Positions 49,223 through 62,974 of a DNA stretch of 64,000 bases are shown here, piece by piece. The stretch covers positions 30,075,012 through 30,139,011 of the forward strand of contig OZ316891.1 of assembly GCA_973895155.1 (NCBI GenBank), in the 5' to 3' direction. The notes under the pieces are model-generated. The model had not been told where the DNA came from, ran no database searches, and saw nothing but the letters and a program-made list of their open reading frames with translations. Position numbers and translations under genes: made by a program. The stretch is from Marsupella aquatica (Eukaryota > Plantae > Marchantiophyta). How positions within the stretch are numbered: the stretch's first letter is position 1; every line of letters starts with the position of its first letter.

Positions 49223-50111
49223 ATGGAGAGTCGGAACTCCAGCGAATATATAACACTGGCAAATCTCCTCAAGAATGGTGAATGTGTTAGAAAGGGATCG
49301 TCTCGCCTGCCTTTGAAGTCTAGCGCTATGGCGACAGCATGCACAGCGGATCTTGGAGAACGCAGAGAGCGCAAAGATTGGTTTCGTTGTGGAGTGCGGC
49401 GTCTTTGGAGACTCGTTAGCACCGTTTTTCCAACTTCGTGCCTCCCCGAGGCCTCCAGCTGTGACACTAATGCAATTGAAACTGGGCATCCCAGGTTTTC
49501 TTCGTACGTCAATAAGAGGGTACTTCAACCGGATGTCAAAAGGAAGCTAGTCCTGTTCACAGTGGACGAGAAGTTACCCAACAGGAAAGCCCTGACGTTA
49601 GAGCGGATAATGTCCAGGAAGCAATCATCCCATGCTGTATATCAATTATCGAAGCTGTATAATATCCCAGAAGAAGCGCCGAGGGAAGGTTTTCTGCAGC
49701 GAAGTTACGCACTCAGCAAGCGCAAGATTCAGAGACTTGAGGGGTACGTTGAATGTATGGAAGCTGGAACTCGCAGATCCTCAACTTGTCAAAAGCTTTC
49801 TGCGAAAGTATATATATACAACTTGTCATCCTGAAGAAACGTCAACATAAAGTTTTCCTCAGCGAAACGTTGCAACCAGTAGAGCGAATCCAGGTGTGAA
49901 TCTGGAGGGTTTGGATTCAGGGAGACAGGACCTCGCACTAGTTGTACTAGATTGGTCGAAAACGTTTCTACAACCCACCCCAAGCATCGGGAATCCAGCA
50001 TGCAACACCCAAAGAACCACTGTAGATGAACGTTTTTGCACAAAAGTCGAGCTTCACCTCAGCGAAAGTAAAGAGATGCTGCTTGCTGCAAGTACTGACG
50101 CAAGCTTCTAG
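49223..50111 (+). pseudogene. Divergent orphan ORF, copy 3 (best preserved, 203 codons open, then frameshifts)
   Basis: ORF 49223-49834, continuing after indels into NLEGLDSGRQDL...VELHLSESKEMLL (49896-50111). Confidence 0.5.
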
Positions 50112-53100
50112 TGGGGCTTCTAGCCGTAGAAACAGACTCCAAGGCCTAGCTCATATTCATCCGATCCGGAAACATCACAAGAGAGATTTTGGTGAGCGCT
50201 TGGCGATGACTTCATCTTGAAGAAATTAAAGCAATTTATCAAGAACAATAGATCATCATGGAAGTTCAAGATAGCTACTGGTGACATTGTACGTTTATTG
50301 TTGATCTATCAACAATAAACGTAGACTTACTCACTAGGATATATGTTTTGGCCGTTATTAAATTAATTCGACTCGTGAAATAATAATGTTTACCTCCGCT
50401 CAGCAATGTGCGTGGCCGGCTTTCAACGGAGTTGGTCATATAAATTTATGTTTCGAGTTCTTTTGAGATTGAACTTGAAACTCAAGTCCTTTGCTCCAAA
50501 CCATATAGACATATGGATATGTAGATAGTAATCCAAACTCATCATGAGCGTGTACGTACTATGGCCTGGGGGTACGTCCACATTCCGCACTCTTCATTTG
50601 TATCTTGCCCAACTTCACTCTCGATCTGAACCGGGGTTGTCTATAGCAAGACTAGTTTCATTCTTATCAAATTTACAATGTTGAATTCAAGCACTTCATC
50701 AGACTATCGAGTGAGTCTTGATGTTCCTTTTGCCATTGTTCAATTCCGTTGCTTTAAGCAAGACATTCTGTGTGAACCGGGGACCATCTTAGCTAAATGT
50801 TTGAAGTTAAGGGCTGGGACCAGTTCAGCTATGGACAAATCGTCTAGCTTTTAATTGCAACTTCCATTCGGTAGTGTCTCTATCCCAAGAGTAACTGCAT
50901 GAATTGAAGCTCCTCGTGAAGCTCCCATGGTCTACTTATATATAGAGATATCGTTGGCAACTTATATATCAGATCTTGAGAAAATTAAGACGATGTATTG
51001 GGCAGAAGCATGCCTTCCAGTTGGCGGAAATTTGGGGGACTTATTGGGTGATCGACTTTTATATATAAGTTTACAACTGAACCTCGATCAATCTGGACAC
51101 GTTTTAAATACTAAGCTAGCATACAAGCCTAGGTCTAGAATTAATGATCGGCTGCTAGCTTTTTATGATTTGACGATGAAATGATATCTAAGCCCGTACC
51201 CCTAACGACAATTGAGCAATCGATCCTTGTATTGGTTAACTTAAGTCTCAGCCAGGTTATTCCACCATTTTGTTCATGAATTGAACTTCATGGAAAAGAC
51301 CGGAGCGCGCACTCCTTCCGCACACTTTTGAGGGCCAGTTATATATGCCCTGGCTCTACCTAAATTAACTATTACCGGAGACATGACAGTCAAACCAGAT
51401 ATATAAGTCCAGCTCTGAGCTCAAACTCAGTAGATCGATTATACACCAGGAAAACTTGTATGCACAGATAACTGCAGTTCTCATTTAATTTATTAATTAC
51501 ATCATGGTGGATCGAGGAAATGTATTGACGGAAAGTTATAGCTTTTGTAAGGTGCAAGGAAACCTATGTAGGCAAGGCGAAATCTTTAATCACCCACAAT
51601 TTCAGCTAGCTCATTGCTTCGGGAACAAAGGAGTGCGGTACATCGGTGGATAATACATCGGACCAACTACAGTCACGCAGAAAATGGTGGCCAGCCTTCC
51701 TAACGTACACTCTTGAAAGTTGAATACACATCTCGCTCAGTTTTCCCCGGAGAGAAAGGGGAGATTTATACATTAAATACAAAACACGGATTAACCGTAC
51801 CACAAAGAGTATATGTCTGCTTCCACCTAGCTTGACTCTCATGCCTAAGATAAACAGACGTACTACTTAAGCCCAACTAAATATCGATATATATTTCTAA
51901 AATACATTATTATGGTTCTCGTCCATAGCTAGCGCTAATACTGGACTTATCTGATCTAGTAACTAGTTCATACAATCTAAATTGTAAATTAAGCTCCATG
52001 GATATGACCTTACGAATCTGTCAATCTCAGTGGCCTACCTGACTATTGTAGCCATTGAAATATTTCATTTGTTTTGACACCGAATAAAGGATCGAGCCAC
52101 ATAGGTCATGAATTAACCGCACGATGCAAAACAATGCCTCAAACGCAGTCAGGGGAGGACGACAAGCCGGCCAGAAGTCCCGAGCGAAAGAAATCAAACC
52201 AGATCGAGAAATCTCATGGTTTCATTCTAGAGCAAGTCGATGTCTCTGATCTGTGGCACCAGCGTCCAGCCTGGGCATGTCCACTATATACCAAGTGACT
52301 TATAATATGTCTGTCCAATCTTGTGAATGGCCTACCCACATTACCTCTGGTTGAGTGCAAATGTCCCTCCTTTGTTTTCCACTGGGCCGTTTGGCCTGCA
52401 GGTTCATTCTGATCTTTGTGTACGTTCCAGCTTAGACCAAGTTCAACGAGAATTATGTACAATTGAAGGCCTAGCTAGAAGCTCTGGCCACACTGCAGGG
52501 ACTATGGTACTAGACAACCTCTGAGGCAAGATTCGATCTCTACTCAAGGGGTAAAAAATATCAAATTTAAAAGAATAACAAATCTGATATATAAAGGTAC
52601 GTACCCACAAGACGGGGCCACAAGAACAACATCTACTGTAGTTCCCATTTCCTCTCGTAATCCATTAATTAATTATATAGCGCGCGTCATTTGCCTAGGG
52701 ATCAGTGGGATCCAGAACTCAGAGTATTGTTTGACCTAGTTTAAGTGTCACGTCTAGCTTTTGAATTTCGTTTCTTCCCTCCCTAGTTAGGGCTGTAGCG
52801 ATTAATTCCTCTTGGAGTTCTCGTGCTTCCATTTCTAGCTCTGCAGACAACTACTCCAGATATTTAGGGTTTCTATGTGCGATCCTTGGTTCAATCTTCC
52901 ATGCTCCCAATCGATCTCCTGGCCTGTTGATCTGAACGAAGTGGTGAATGCGGACTGATGCTGATATAACCATCATCGAGGTAGACGCTGGACAGTACGT
53001 GCTTAGTTGTGTCCCCGTACTGCAAAGATAGATGATCGTTAAATAAAATCAACATCGGTCGAGAAAGGGCCAATTGACTTAACGTGCTCCAGAGTTTTGA

Positions 53101-54612
53101 TGGTAGTAGGGTCTGACCTGGGGTCTAGATCGGCCTACCCGTCGGCCTACAAGTTGTATGTGAGCCAGAGTTTCGTGGATAAACTGTGCAAACTGAGGCT
53201 GAAACAGGAGGTTGTCTCCGTACATAGGTGTACGTAAATCGAGATGAACCTCGCCGACCTCATTAATTGTCAGTGCAACCGGGTTTCTTGACAAGCTACT
53301 ATAGTTGCCACCATTTCGATCAACAATTTGGTGACAAGCTTGGCGCGCGAACCATTCAAGAAATTGTTAACGACAGTTCTCTAGGCAGGTTCGGTTTTCA
53401 GTAGGCTTGATCTAATTAATTAGTTGCCGACATCATAGCACGTAACGAAGGTCATGACTAGACGAAGCCAACACTCGGTAACATTCTAGCTTCTGTCCCT
53501 GCAGACCTCGCTGGCCGGCTATGTCTGCCCTCGACTTTGGTACGTTCAATTCTGCTGAATGTACATCGTCGGCTGTCTAGATTTTTAGTGTCTGTCATGT
53601 ACTCTGACGTGAGAGTGAAAGGTTTTATCAGAAGTGAAGCCAATTCTATATGACACTCTCAGGTGTCTAGAAAGTCGCTAATTATAAATTATATATATTT
53701 ATTAATCCAATAAATTGATAATATTTATTTCTACATATAATTAATACGATCATATACAAAACTTGAAAGGAAATCTGACTACTGGGTACCAGGAAGGAGT
53801 CTGTTCAGACAAATATATTAAGAGTTAGTGGGACCCTCACTGATCGAGTGTCTTAACAGGCTAGGCTTTCAAGATCAACTTTTTACGTCTAGTACATGGT
53901 GGGCTGACGACCTGTCATCCTAGTTGTGGACGATGGAGAAAATGAGATGTCTCATTAGATACATTCAAAGTCTAGATGATGCAACATTTGCTATGCTTTC
54001 AATCATACTAACAAATAAAATCAATCATTTACGTGCAATCCCTGATCGAATTACTCGAGCAATCTATGGTCATTTTCTGAAGATTTAGATCTGATGTCCA
54101 TTTTTTACATATACAGATTGGCTATTGCATTCATCCATTCCAAACTTTGATAGTTGTGGCGCACAATCCAAGCTTTCTTGTCGAATCATTTACCGCACTA
54201 GCAGATATCAATTTCAGAAATAATTCCACTGTAGAGAAAAGGTACTTGGTGAAGATTCAAAATTAACAGCGATCGAACTCATTTTGCTGTAGCTATTATA
54301 AAACCTACTCGGATTGGTCCATCTAATAAAGTAAATATAAAGTACTATGCCACAAAGTTCAACGGTTTAGACATGAATTAACAAAGAGAAAGTACTCAAC
54401 AGTCGACTTCAATCCGATACATATATAAGCACTCTGGTACTGCACTACTGGAGCTAAACTCCCTAAATACAGGGGTTCCCAATTTAGTACCCGGGCGCAA
54501 CACCTATACTGATCCACTCCTTTGGGTGATAAGGCTACACTTAGCGGCAAAATACCAACAAGATGGCCGGCTAGGAGCATGTTTGCAGCGCGCGCGCACG
54601 TACTATATCCAG

Positions 54613-55728
54613 TCAAAGCTGAACAGTTCCCATAAATGGCTGGAAAAGGCTTAGCCCATCAGACAAATCTCCAGAGTCTGGGACTTTCTCCCACAGAACC
54701 TCTTTTTTCTCACTGCTAAAACCTTTGCTTTGAATGATGCTTGACTGGTAGGAAGCTGCGTCATTAGTCCATTGCACTGCTGCTACAAGCTCATTACTCG
54801 CATGAACGGTAAGCGTTGTCTGCAAATCCAACTGGTGATTCTCTCCAAGGCCAACCCAGGACATTGAATGTTGCTGTCTCCATGAATTGGTGCCCATGTC
54901 ATAAACATGGACCCCAAGGACATTCATGGAATAAAGATTCCCTTGAAAAGTGAACACATTTCCATTTTCTACGTCAGCAGGTAGGTTTACAGCTCTCCAA
55001 GCATCGGTAGCTGGATGATAAATCTGCCAAGAGCCCGAGGAAGCTGTTTCTCCATGTCCGCCACGCAATAGAAACTCCTCTCCCATTGTCAGAACTTGAT
55101 TGAAAACCTGTCCATGATTCATGGCCTTTATTAAGGACCACGTGTTGTACTTGGGGTCGTACATCTCTGATGATGATGTCGGTGTTCCTTCGTGAGAGAT
55201 GCCCCCAAACACATAAATCTTGCCACTTATTACACCACATCCAAAAAATCGTCTGCCTTCTAGCATATCTGCAAGCTTTCTCCACTCCCTCTGCCCGGCC
55301 CGCAGATTCAGCATATAAAGACTTTTGGCGACAGCCACCTTGAAGCCCGACAGTTCACAAGGTCCTCCCAACGCAAATACCTTCCCATCCAATGGAATGA
55401 CTTGCCACGACCGGGGGAGTGCAGTTTCGAAATCTGGGATCGGAGGAAGGCTACGGAAAGTCTTCTCTCGGATGGAATACAGACAAATGCTGTCCTCCCC
55501 TTGATCACCGCGGTGAGGAATAACTACTAGTGCCTCCGTTGACTGCGACCCAACTCTTGTATCGTGTACCAGTCCACTTCGAATTGCCTTTCGCCAACTA
55601 GTGCTTACTCCACATAAAACTGAAAGCATTTCCCACGGCAACTTTGTAGCAATGTGGCTCAAGCTCACGTCATTTGGAAGACCAGGAAGAAGCTCGTCAA
55701 GCAATGGAAAGACATCCTTGGATTCCAT
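54613..55728 (-). CDS. F-box/Kelch-repeat protein, copy 4 (371 aa, intact)
   Basis: Same motifs and length as copy 1; ATG at 55728. Confidence 0.92.
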   Translation of the reverse strand: MESKDVFPLLDELLPGLPNDVSLSHIATKLPWEMLSVLCGVSTSWRKAIRSGLVHDTRVGSQSTEALVVIPHRGDQGEDSICLYSIREKTFRSLPPIPDFETALPRSWQVIPLDGKVFALGGPCELSGFKVAVAKSLYMLNLRAGQREWRKLADMLEGRRFFGCGVISGKIYVFGGISHEGTPTSSSEMYDPKYNTWSLIKAMNHGQVFNQVLTMGEEFLLRGGHGETASSGSWQIYHPATDAWRAVNLPADVENGNVFTFQGNLYSMNVLGVHVYDMGTNSWRQQHSMSWVGLGENHQLDLQTTLTVHASNELVAAVQWTNDAASYQSSIIQSKGFSSEKKEVLWEKVPDSGDLSDGLSLFQPFMGTVQL

Positions 55729-57099
55729 AACGAATGAATACACAAGGAATGGAACCTGCAAGTTGATTCCCAACGACAATTTCTGATGGACATTCTATTG
55801 TTGTTCGTCAATACTTAAGACTTAGATAAATTTCAAGTCTTAGATCGGAACTTAACAATATGTCTGCAGGACGCGAATAACTTTCAATAATAGACAAACG
55901 TAGAATGAGAAGAATGACTCAAGCAACAACAACCTCCTCTGTATCCTTAGCAAGGAAGCTAGAGAAAGGCAGAGAGAGAGTGATCGATCTATGGAGAAGT
56001 GATGGGCCCCAGTCCCTTAAATAGTTAAGTAGCCGAAGATGTTTGAAAGGTTACTGATCGATGACAAAAATTAAGTCTCACTGATTGCAGACTATGTACC
56101 TAGCTAGCATTCTCCATTATATTAATTAGTCCCGCGCGGCAAAATGCCTTTCATTTTGATGTTCATGATTGCGCGGCACGTAGGCAACGGAGTAACGCTC
56201 GCATCCAAACATGATGCCTTACCACATACACTAGGTTGTCCCGGCCAATTTAGTTGCTAGTCTCATGTTGGTAGTCAATCAGACATGATTGCAGCCCTTG
56301 CGTGCCTCACATCCAAACAACGTAACGTCGCTGGCTTAATTATTAACCGAATCATGGACGGAAGGAAGGAAATGTTGCCGGCTTGGGTTTCTCGCTCCGC
56401 TTCCTTTCCCCTATGTTTCGATCAGCCTACGTACAGATCGAATTAAGGAAGGATGGATCGACGGAATATTGTTTAAACAAAGTCAAAGCCTGAGAAGAGA
56501 TCTTGTACTGACTAACTGTATTCTTGCTTTCAGCTAGAATCCATGTTACACTGACGAATGACTGACGAGTTGAGGAAGGACGGATCGGACGTTGTCATGA
56601 ATATATCATGGGATCACTGAAGATGTATGACTGAAGTGTACGAAGGAAAGGAAACTATGATGAATGACCGGGGATTGCTAGCGATGCATGGAACCCGATC
56701 ATTTGAGACTAACCACTGACTGACTTGAGACGTGATGCGTTCTATCAATGTATATATATAAGGCAGTAAGTTGACGTCTAGAGCAAGAGCTCTCCAGGCC
56801 ATTCCTGCAGATCGACGTCTGGTTATCTAATTGCTTACTTAGCGTGCTTTCGTGTAGCGGAGTACGTATTTGAAGCTACTACTCTTCAATTCCCAAGAGC
56901 CAATAGTGCCTTGTATTGTCTCAAAAGAACGATTTGTTTAGACTTTTCTGTTCAATTTATCGCAACGGGTTCAATCGTGAAATAGAGATCAGCACCAAAG
57001 AGCAGCCGGTCGGAGATTGGGAGGCATCTTAAAAGCGCAAATAGCAATTTGCTTGGTCCCTTCTTACACAAACGCGAGAAAGGTACTTGATTGATCAAT

Positions 57100-58040
57100 A
57101 TGGAGGGTCGGAACTCCAGCGAATATGTAACACTGGCAAATCTCCTCAAGAATGGTGAATGTGTTAGAAAGGGATCGACTCGCCTGCGTTTAAAGTCTAG
57201 CGCTATGGAGACAGCATGCACAGCGTATCTTCGATCTGCAAAGTCACGCAGAGAGCGCAAAGACTGGTTTCGTTGTGGAGTGCGGCGTCTTTGGAGACTC
57301 GTCAGCACCGTTTTTCCAACTTCGTGCCTCCCCGCGCTCCAGCTGTGACACTAATGCAATTGAAAACCCGAATTGGAACTGGGCATTCCAGGTTTTCTTC
57401 GTACGTCAATAAACGGTAATTCAACCGGATCTCAAAAGGAAGCTAGTCCTGTTCACAGTGGACGAGAAATTACCGAACTGGAAAGCCCTGTCGACGTTAG
57501 AGCGGACAATGTCCAGGAAGCAATCATCCCATGCTGTATATCAATTATCGAAGCTTTATATATAACAGAAGAAGCGCCGAGGGAAGGTTTTCTGCAGCGA
57601 AGTTACGCACTCAGCAAGCGCAAGATTCAGAGACTTGAGGGGTACGTTGAATGTATGGAAGCTGGAACTCGCAAATCCTCAACTTGTCAAAAACTTTCAG
57701 CGAAAGTATATATATACGTCGTCCTGAAGGAACGCCAACATAAAGTTCTCAGCGAAGTGTTGCACCCAGTAAAGCGAATCCAGGTTGAGAATCTGGAGGG
57801 TTTCGATTCAGGGACACAGGAACTCTCAAATGTACTTGGTCGAAAACTTTCCTACAATCCACCCCAAGCATCGGGACCGCATGCATGCAACACCCGAAGA
57901 ACCACTGTAGATGAACGGTGTTTGCACATGTGTATATTGTCTCTTTCTTTGTAGTGACAAAAGTCGAGCTTGACCTCAGCGAAAGTAAAGAGATCTGCTT
58001 GCTGCAGGCACTGACGCAAGCTTCTAGTGGGGCTTCTAGC
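57100..58040 (+). pseudogene. Divergent orphan ORF, copy 4 (several frameshifts)
   Basis: MEGRNSSEYVTLANLLKNG..., later EEAPREGFLQRSYALSKRKIQRLEGYVECMEAG...KERQHKVLSEVLHPVKRIQVENLEGFDSG. Confidence 0.5.
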
Positions 58041-61000
58041 CGTAGAAACAGACTCCAAGGCCTAGCTCTTATTCATCCGGAAACATCACAAGAGAGATAT
58101 TAATTGGTGAGCGGTTTGGCGATGACTTCATCTTGAAGAAAAGCAATTTATTAAGATCGAACAATCATCATGGAAGTTCAAGATAGCTACTGGAGACACT
58201 GTTTATTGTTTATAGCTTAACAATAAACGTAAGGACATACTAGTATATATGTTTTGGCCGTTACTATATTCGACTCTTGAAAGAGTAAAGTTTACCTCCG
58301 TTCAGCAATGTTCATGGCCGCTTTCAAGGGAGTTGGTCGTATACCCGGTCGTGTAATTTTTATATTTCGAGGTCTTTTGAGATTTAAGTTGAAACTCCAG
58401 TCCTTTGCTCCTAACAATGTAGACATATGGATATGTAGATAATAATCCAAGCTCATCATGAGCGTGTCCTATGGCCGGTACGCCCACATTCCGCACTCTT
58501 CATTTGTATCTTGCTCAACTTCACTCTCTGAACCGGGGTTGTCTACAGCAAGACTAGTTTCATTCTTATCAAATTTACAATGTTGAATTCAAGCACTTCA
58601 TTAGCGTATCGAGTGAGACTTGACGTCCTTTTGCCATTGTTCGATCGATCAATTCCGTTGCTTTAAGCAAGACATTCTGTGTGAACCGGGGACCATCTTA
58701 GTTAAATGTTTGAAGGTCTGGAACTAGTTCAGAAATGGACAAATCGTCTTTTAATTGCAACTTCCATTCAGTGTGTCTCTATCCCAAGAGTAACTGTATG
58801 AAAATCCTCGTGAAGCTCCCATGGTCTATATATCAGATCTTGAGAAAATTAAGGCGATGTATTGGGCGAAAGCATGCCTTCCAGTTGGCTGGCATGTCCA
58901 CTACCAAGTGACTTATCGTATGACTGCCTCCAATAATCTTGTGAATGGTCTACCCACACTACCCCAAACCTCAAATCCAAAAGTTCTATTGAAATTCCTG
59001 CTTCCTCATTGATCAATTCGGGATTGGAGAGGTCCTCTTCAATGCCGGTGAAGGCGCATTCCTTCCTCTGGTCAAGTGCAAATGTGTCTCCTTTGTTTCC
59101 ACTGGGCCGTTTGGCCAGGTTCATTCGGATCTTTGTGGTCCCACTTATATCCTAATATCTACAAACCTTCATCGACGATTTCTCTTTCTGACCTCAGTGG
59201 ATATCTTGTGTCGAACGACTGACAAATTAAGCGTTTCAAATACTTGTTTCCACTCTGTCATTCTTCTGTTTTGTGTCGTCGAACCCATCAAGGGGGAGAA
59301 TAGCCACATGTGTGGTGAGCTTTAGACATAGGACTCCACATCACAAAAGTATAGTAGACTAAAATGAAGATGGTCATTGTCAATAATCAAACCCTGTGAT
59401 AAATAAACATTACCAAAACAAAACAAAAAGGGTTAGCATATCTTAGTTGTTCACCAAACTATATTTTCCTGCAAAGTTAGGTCCACCCATATATCCCTCC
59501 TCCCTCACTTTCTTGAGCTGAGTGCAATGAAAAATGCAACTTAAGTTAATATTTATACTTAACTAATCATACAAATATAAAATTAAATTAAAATATATAC
59601 AAAACTTGCTTCATTAGTTAGAAATTTTCCCTCTGCTCAACATGAAAATTGTAGTTACTTGGGTGTTGAGATTGTAGTCACCTGTCTAATTGCCTGCCCC
59701 AGGCACTCACTCTCCCCATCAACATGACGGAATGATAACATTTTCACATTTGTTATCATAGCTGCACAGGTGACATAAGACAACAACACTTCTTTACCTC
59801 ACTTGCAATTCTTTTCTCTCCTCAACATGTTTGTGTAACACATCCAGTACAAAGTGTTATCCTGGTGTTATTGCACCAAATGAATGATTACATGGCCGGC
59901 TGCAACTAGTCACAATGACACTCCTCATTGTCTACCATTGTCTCATTTCAAAAACAAAAATTGTGCCATACAAACCAACAATTCCATGATGACAACAAAA
60001 ACCCTCACTTGAGTGTAATACTATGCCTCATCCTGACATTTTCAAACCACATACTCTTATTGTTGCATCAACAAGAACATGGCCATGCATGCATGATTGA
60101 AGAGATAATCATGCAACACATGGGCATTGGGCTAGTTGGATATAAATCAGTCCTGATGAATTAAGAATTTGACATATAAAAATAGTAGTTGCACCCTGGC
60201 CTGGGCTCATAGATCAGTCCAAAACAAGGAGGACATTCAACATCCTCTTCATGAATTGCTCACTCTCAATTCACCTTGCAACACATTAGCTAGACAAAAA
60301 GCATGTCAAATGATTGGCCCCCTCCCGTCAAAGCTCTGCCCCAAACTTCATACTTAAAATTGGGCCACTTCTAGCAGAGTGATTTCCATAGAGTGTTACT
60401 AGCCTCATTGCAATTACACCCCAAATTCAGCAACATAATTATGATGTATTGTGCAATGTGGCAAGCTGGCACCCACTGCAGGTGGAATGGCTTTTCTATA
60501 ACATGACAAACCCTATTGTTCTGTTACATCATTGAGTGTTGTTTCTTCTAAATATCTAGCTTGCGGTTGCACTTTGATGTGCAATTATTACCACCACCAT
60601 TGTTACTAGTGAAGAGGTTCCAAGTTTCTTTGGTGAAAGTTTAATGAAAGAAAGGGCAGTGCTTTCAATTGGGGATTATTGAAGTTACTTGAGCTAAATG
60701 TGAAGAGGGCTCCATGGTTGCCATGCACACTAATTTTTTGGGCTGAAAGCTTTATAGAGTGCGGTACTTAAATACCCTGTGTTAGATCTATGGCAAGTTA
60801 TTGCCCTCTAGCATCTAAGGCTTGTTAGTAAGCTGCCCATCCCAATCTCCAATGCGCCTGGCCTAGCCTGCTCCAGCCCAATCAACTTTGATTTGTGTTT
60901 GTCGTTGACTTTGGGTTTGTATTCAATCAACCACCCTTTACTTCTTGTCACCTCTGATCCATCTACGGTATCTTAAGTCATGGTATCACTCACAATGTGA

Positions 61001-61366
61001 CAGGTGGATCTAAAAGTGTTTACAAACTGATAAATAAACCTGGAGCTTATAATTTATAATATTAGCTACAAATTGTTTCCAAAATTCACCAACTAGACCT
61101 AAAAGAAAATGGTGCTCCCATGGACCACAAGGTTGGTCTTTTGAAACCCCTTGGACCACATTCCCCAAAACTTGAGTTTAATTGTGATAACTTGATGTTC
61201 ATAAAATAATTCAAACATTTTTTAATTTTGAGTATGGGCTAGAGGAGCAGGTAAAGCTACACTTCCATCCAAGTGAATTTTTGGCCATTGTGGTTGAGTT
61301 ATTCATCACTAGCCCAATACCCGTGCGTTGAGGCTTAAACAACAAGCCATCTTTCGTGCAACAAGC

Positions 61367-62125
61367 GTCGAGGTGATAAAAGATGTCGAGGAGAGAAAAG
61401 ATATGGCTCAGGTGATAAAAAGATGTCAAGGAGAGAAAAAAATTGAGGAGAGAAAAGATGTTGAGGTGAGAAAAGATGTCGAGGTGAGCAAATGATGTTG
61501 AGATGATAAAAGAAGTCGAGGAGAGAAAAAGATGTTGAGGAGAGAAAAGATATCGAGGTGAGAAAAAGATGTCGAGGAGATACAAGAAGTCGAGGAGAGA
61601 AAATATGTTGAGGTGAGAAAAGATGTCGAGGGGAGCAAAAGATGTCGAGATGATAAAAGAAGTCGAGATGATAAAAGAAGTCAAGGAGAGAAAAAGACAT
61701 TGAGGAGAGAAAAGATATCGAGGTGAGAAAAAGATGTTGAGATGATAAAGGAAGTCGAGGAGAGAAAAATATGTCAAGAAGAGAAAAGATATTGAGGTGA
61801 GAAAAAGATGTCGAGCTGATAAAAGAAGTCGAGGAGATAAAATATGTCGAGGTGAACAAAAGATGTTGAGGTGATAAAAGAAATCAGGAGAGAAAAATAT
61901 GTTGAGAAGAGAAAAGATATCAAGAAGAGAAAAAATGTAGAGCTACGTGAGAAACATATATATGTCCAGGAGAGAAAAGATTTTGAGAGAAATAGATGTT
62001 GAGATGAGAAAAAAATTGAGGAGAGAAAATATGTCGAGGTGAACAAAAGATGTCAAAGGAGAACAAAAGGTGTTGAGCAAAAAAAAAATGTAAAGTAGAG
62101 CAAAAGATTTTGAGGTGAGAAAATA
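61367..62125. repeat. Degenerate purine-rich ~19-21 bp minisatellite
   Basis: Dozens of variants of GAGGTGAGAAAAGATGTC and GAGGAGAGAAAAAGATGTT. Confidence 0.9.
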
Positions 62126-62974
62126 AATTTGACAATTTTTCCACCCTTACCCGCGGATGGAAGGGGCAAGATGAAGCCTCTCCCTTCTCTTTTCCCATAC
62201 ATATCCCCCTTAGTTTCCCTTGTCTCTTCCCCTCTTTATTTTGCTTCCCAGACTTTCTTTGGGATGATAAAAGTCCAATTTTGTAAGGCTATTGGAGTGA
62301 AAAACCATAGGTATATTTGTCATAGTTTATGGGTGTGAAACTCTCATTATCTTGGCAAAATATATATACAAATATAAGTATTTGGGGGGATAAAAATCCT
62401 AAATTATCCCCCTTTCTCCCATTCTTCTCTTTTCCCCACCTTTTTAACATGTCTATATTTGAAATTTTCCCTTATTAAATTATTTTGTTTTCCTTTTATC
62501 TTCTCCCTCCCCCTTTTTTCTAAACCCAGCCATTTTCTCTCCAATATCCCATCATCTCTCATGAACACAATTATCAGTTTTACATTCTAGTACAACCTAT
62601 AATCATGGTAGCTTGAAGTACATTTGTCCTTCTTGAAGTTGTACCTGAGTCTTTTCTCTTTGTGCATGTACTCTAATTAAGCAAGTCTACGCGAGCCTCT
62701 ACCATACCAATTAGTGTCAGATAGGAGAGGCAATGTGATAGTGTTGCTTGCATCTAAGAGCGATAAAAAATAATCTTTTAAATGGACAATCAGAATTGGA
62801 TCCCGCTTTTTTTAATTTTTGTGAGCAAACAAAACCCAATAATGGCGGGATAGCATATTACAGAGTTAGATGGAAAGAACCTCACGATGACTCATGATTC
62901 ATAAACTAAATGTCAAGGCAACTCATACTGCTGTAGTGTTGTAGCCCGATGCTTGTGTGTTGCACAAAAGATTC

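Larger units (their letters stand above)
5976..59140. repeat. Tandem segmental array of a ~7.8 kb F-box/Kelch unit (4 gene-bearing copies) with TE insertions and deletions
   Basis: F-box ATGs at 8812, 18923, 47889 and 55728; the uninterrupted period between copies 3 and 4 is 7,839 bp. Spacers align throughout, e.g. CTCCTTCCGCACACTTTTGAGG near 5979, 12763, 46435 and 51311. Confidence 0.95.

Noticed and set aside
61211-62198. Several 70-190 aa ORFs rich in F, S and L
   Set aside because: They are translations of the pyrimidine strand of a minisatellite.
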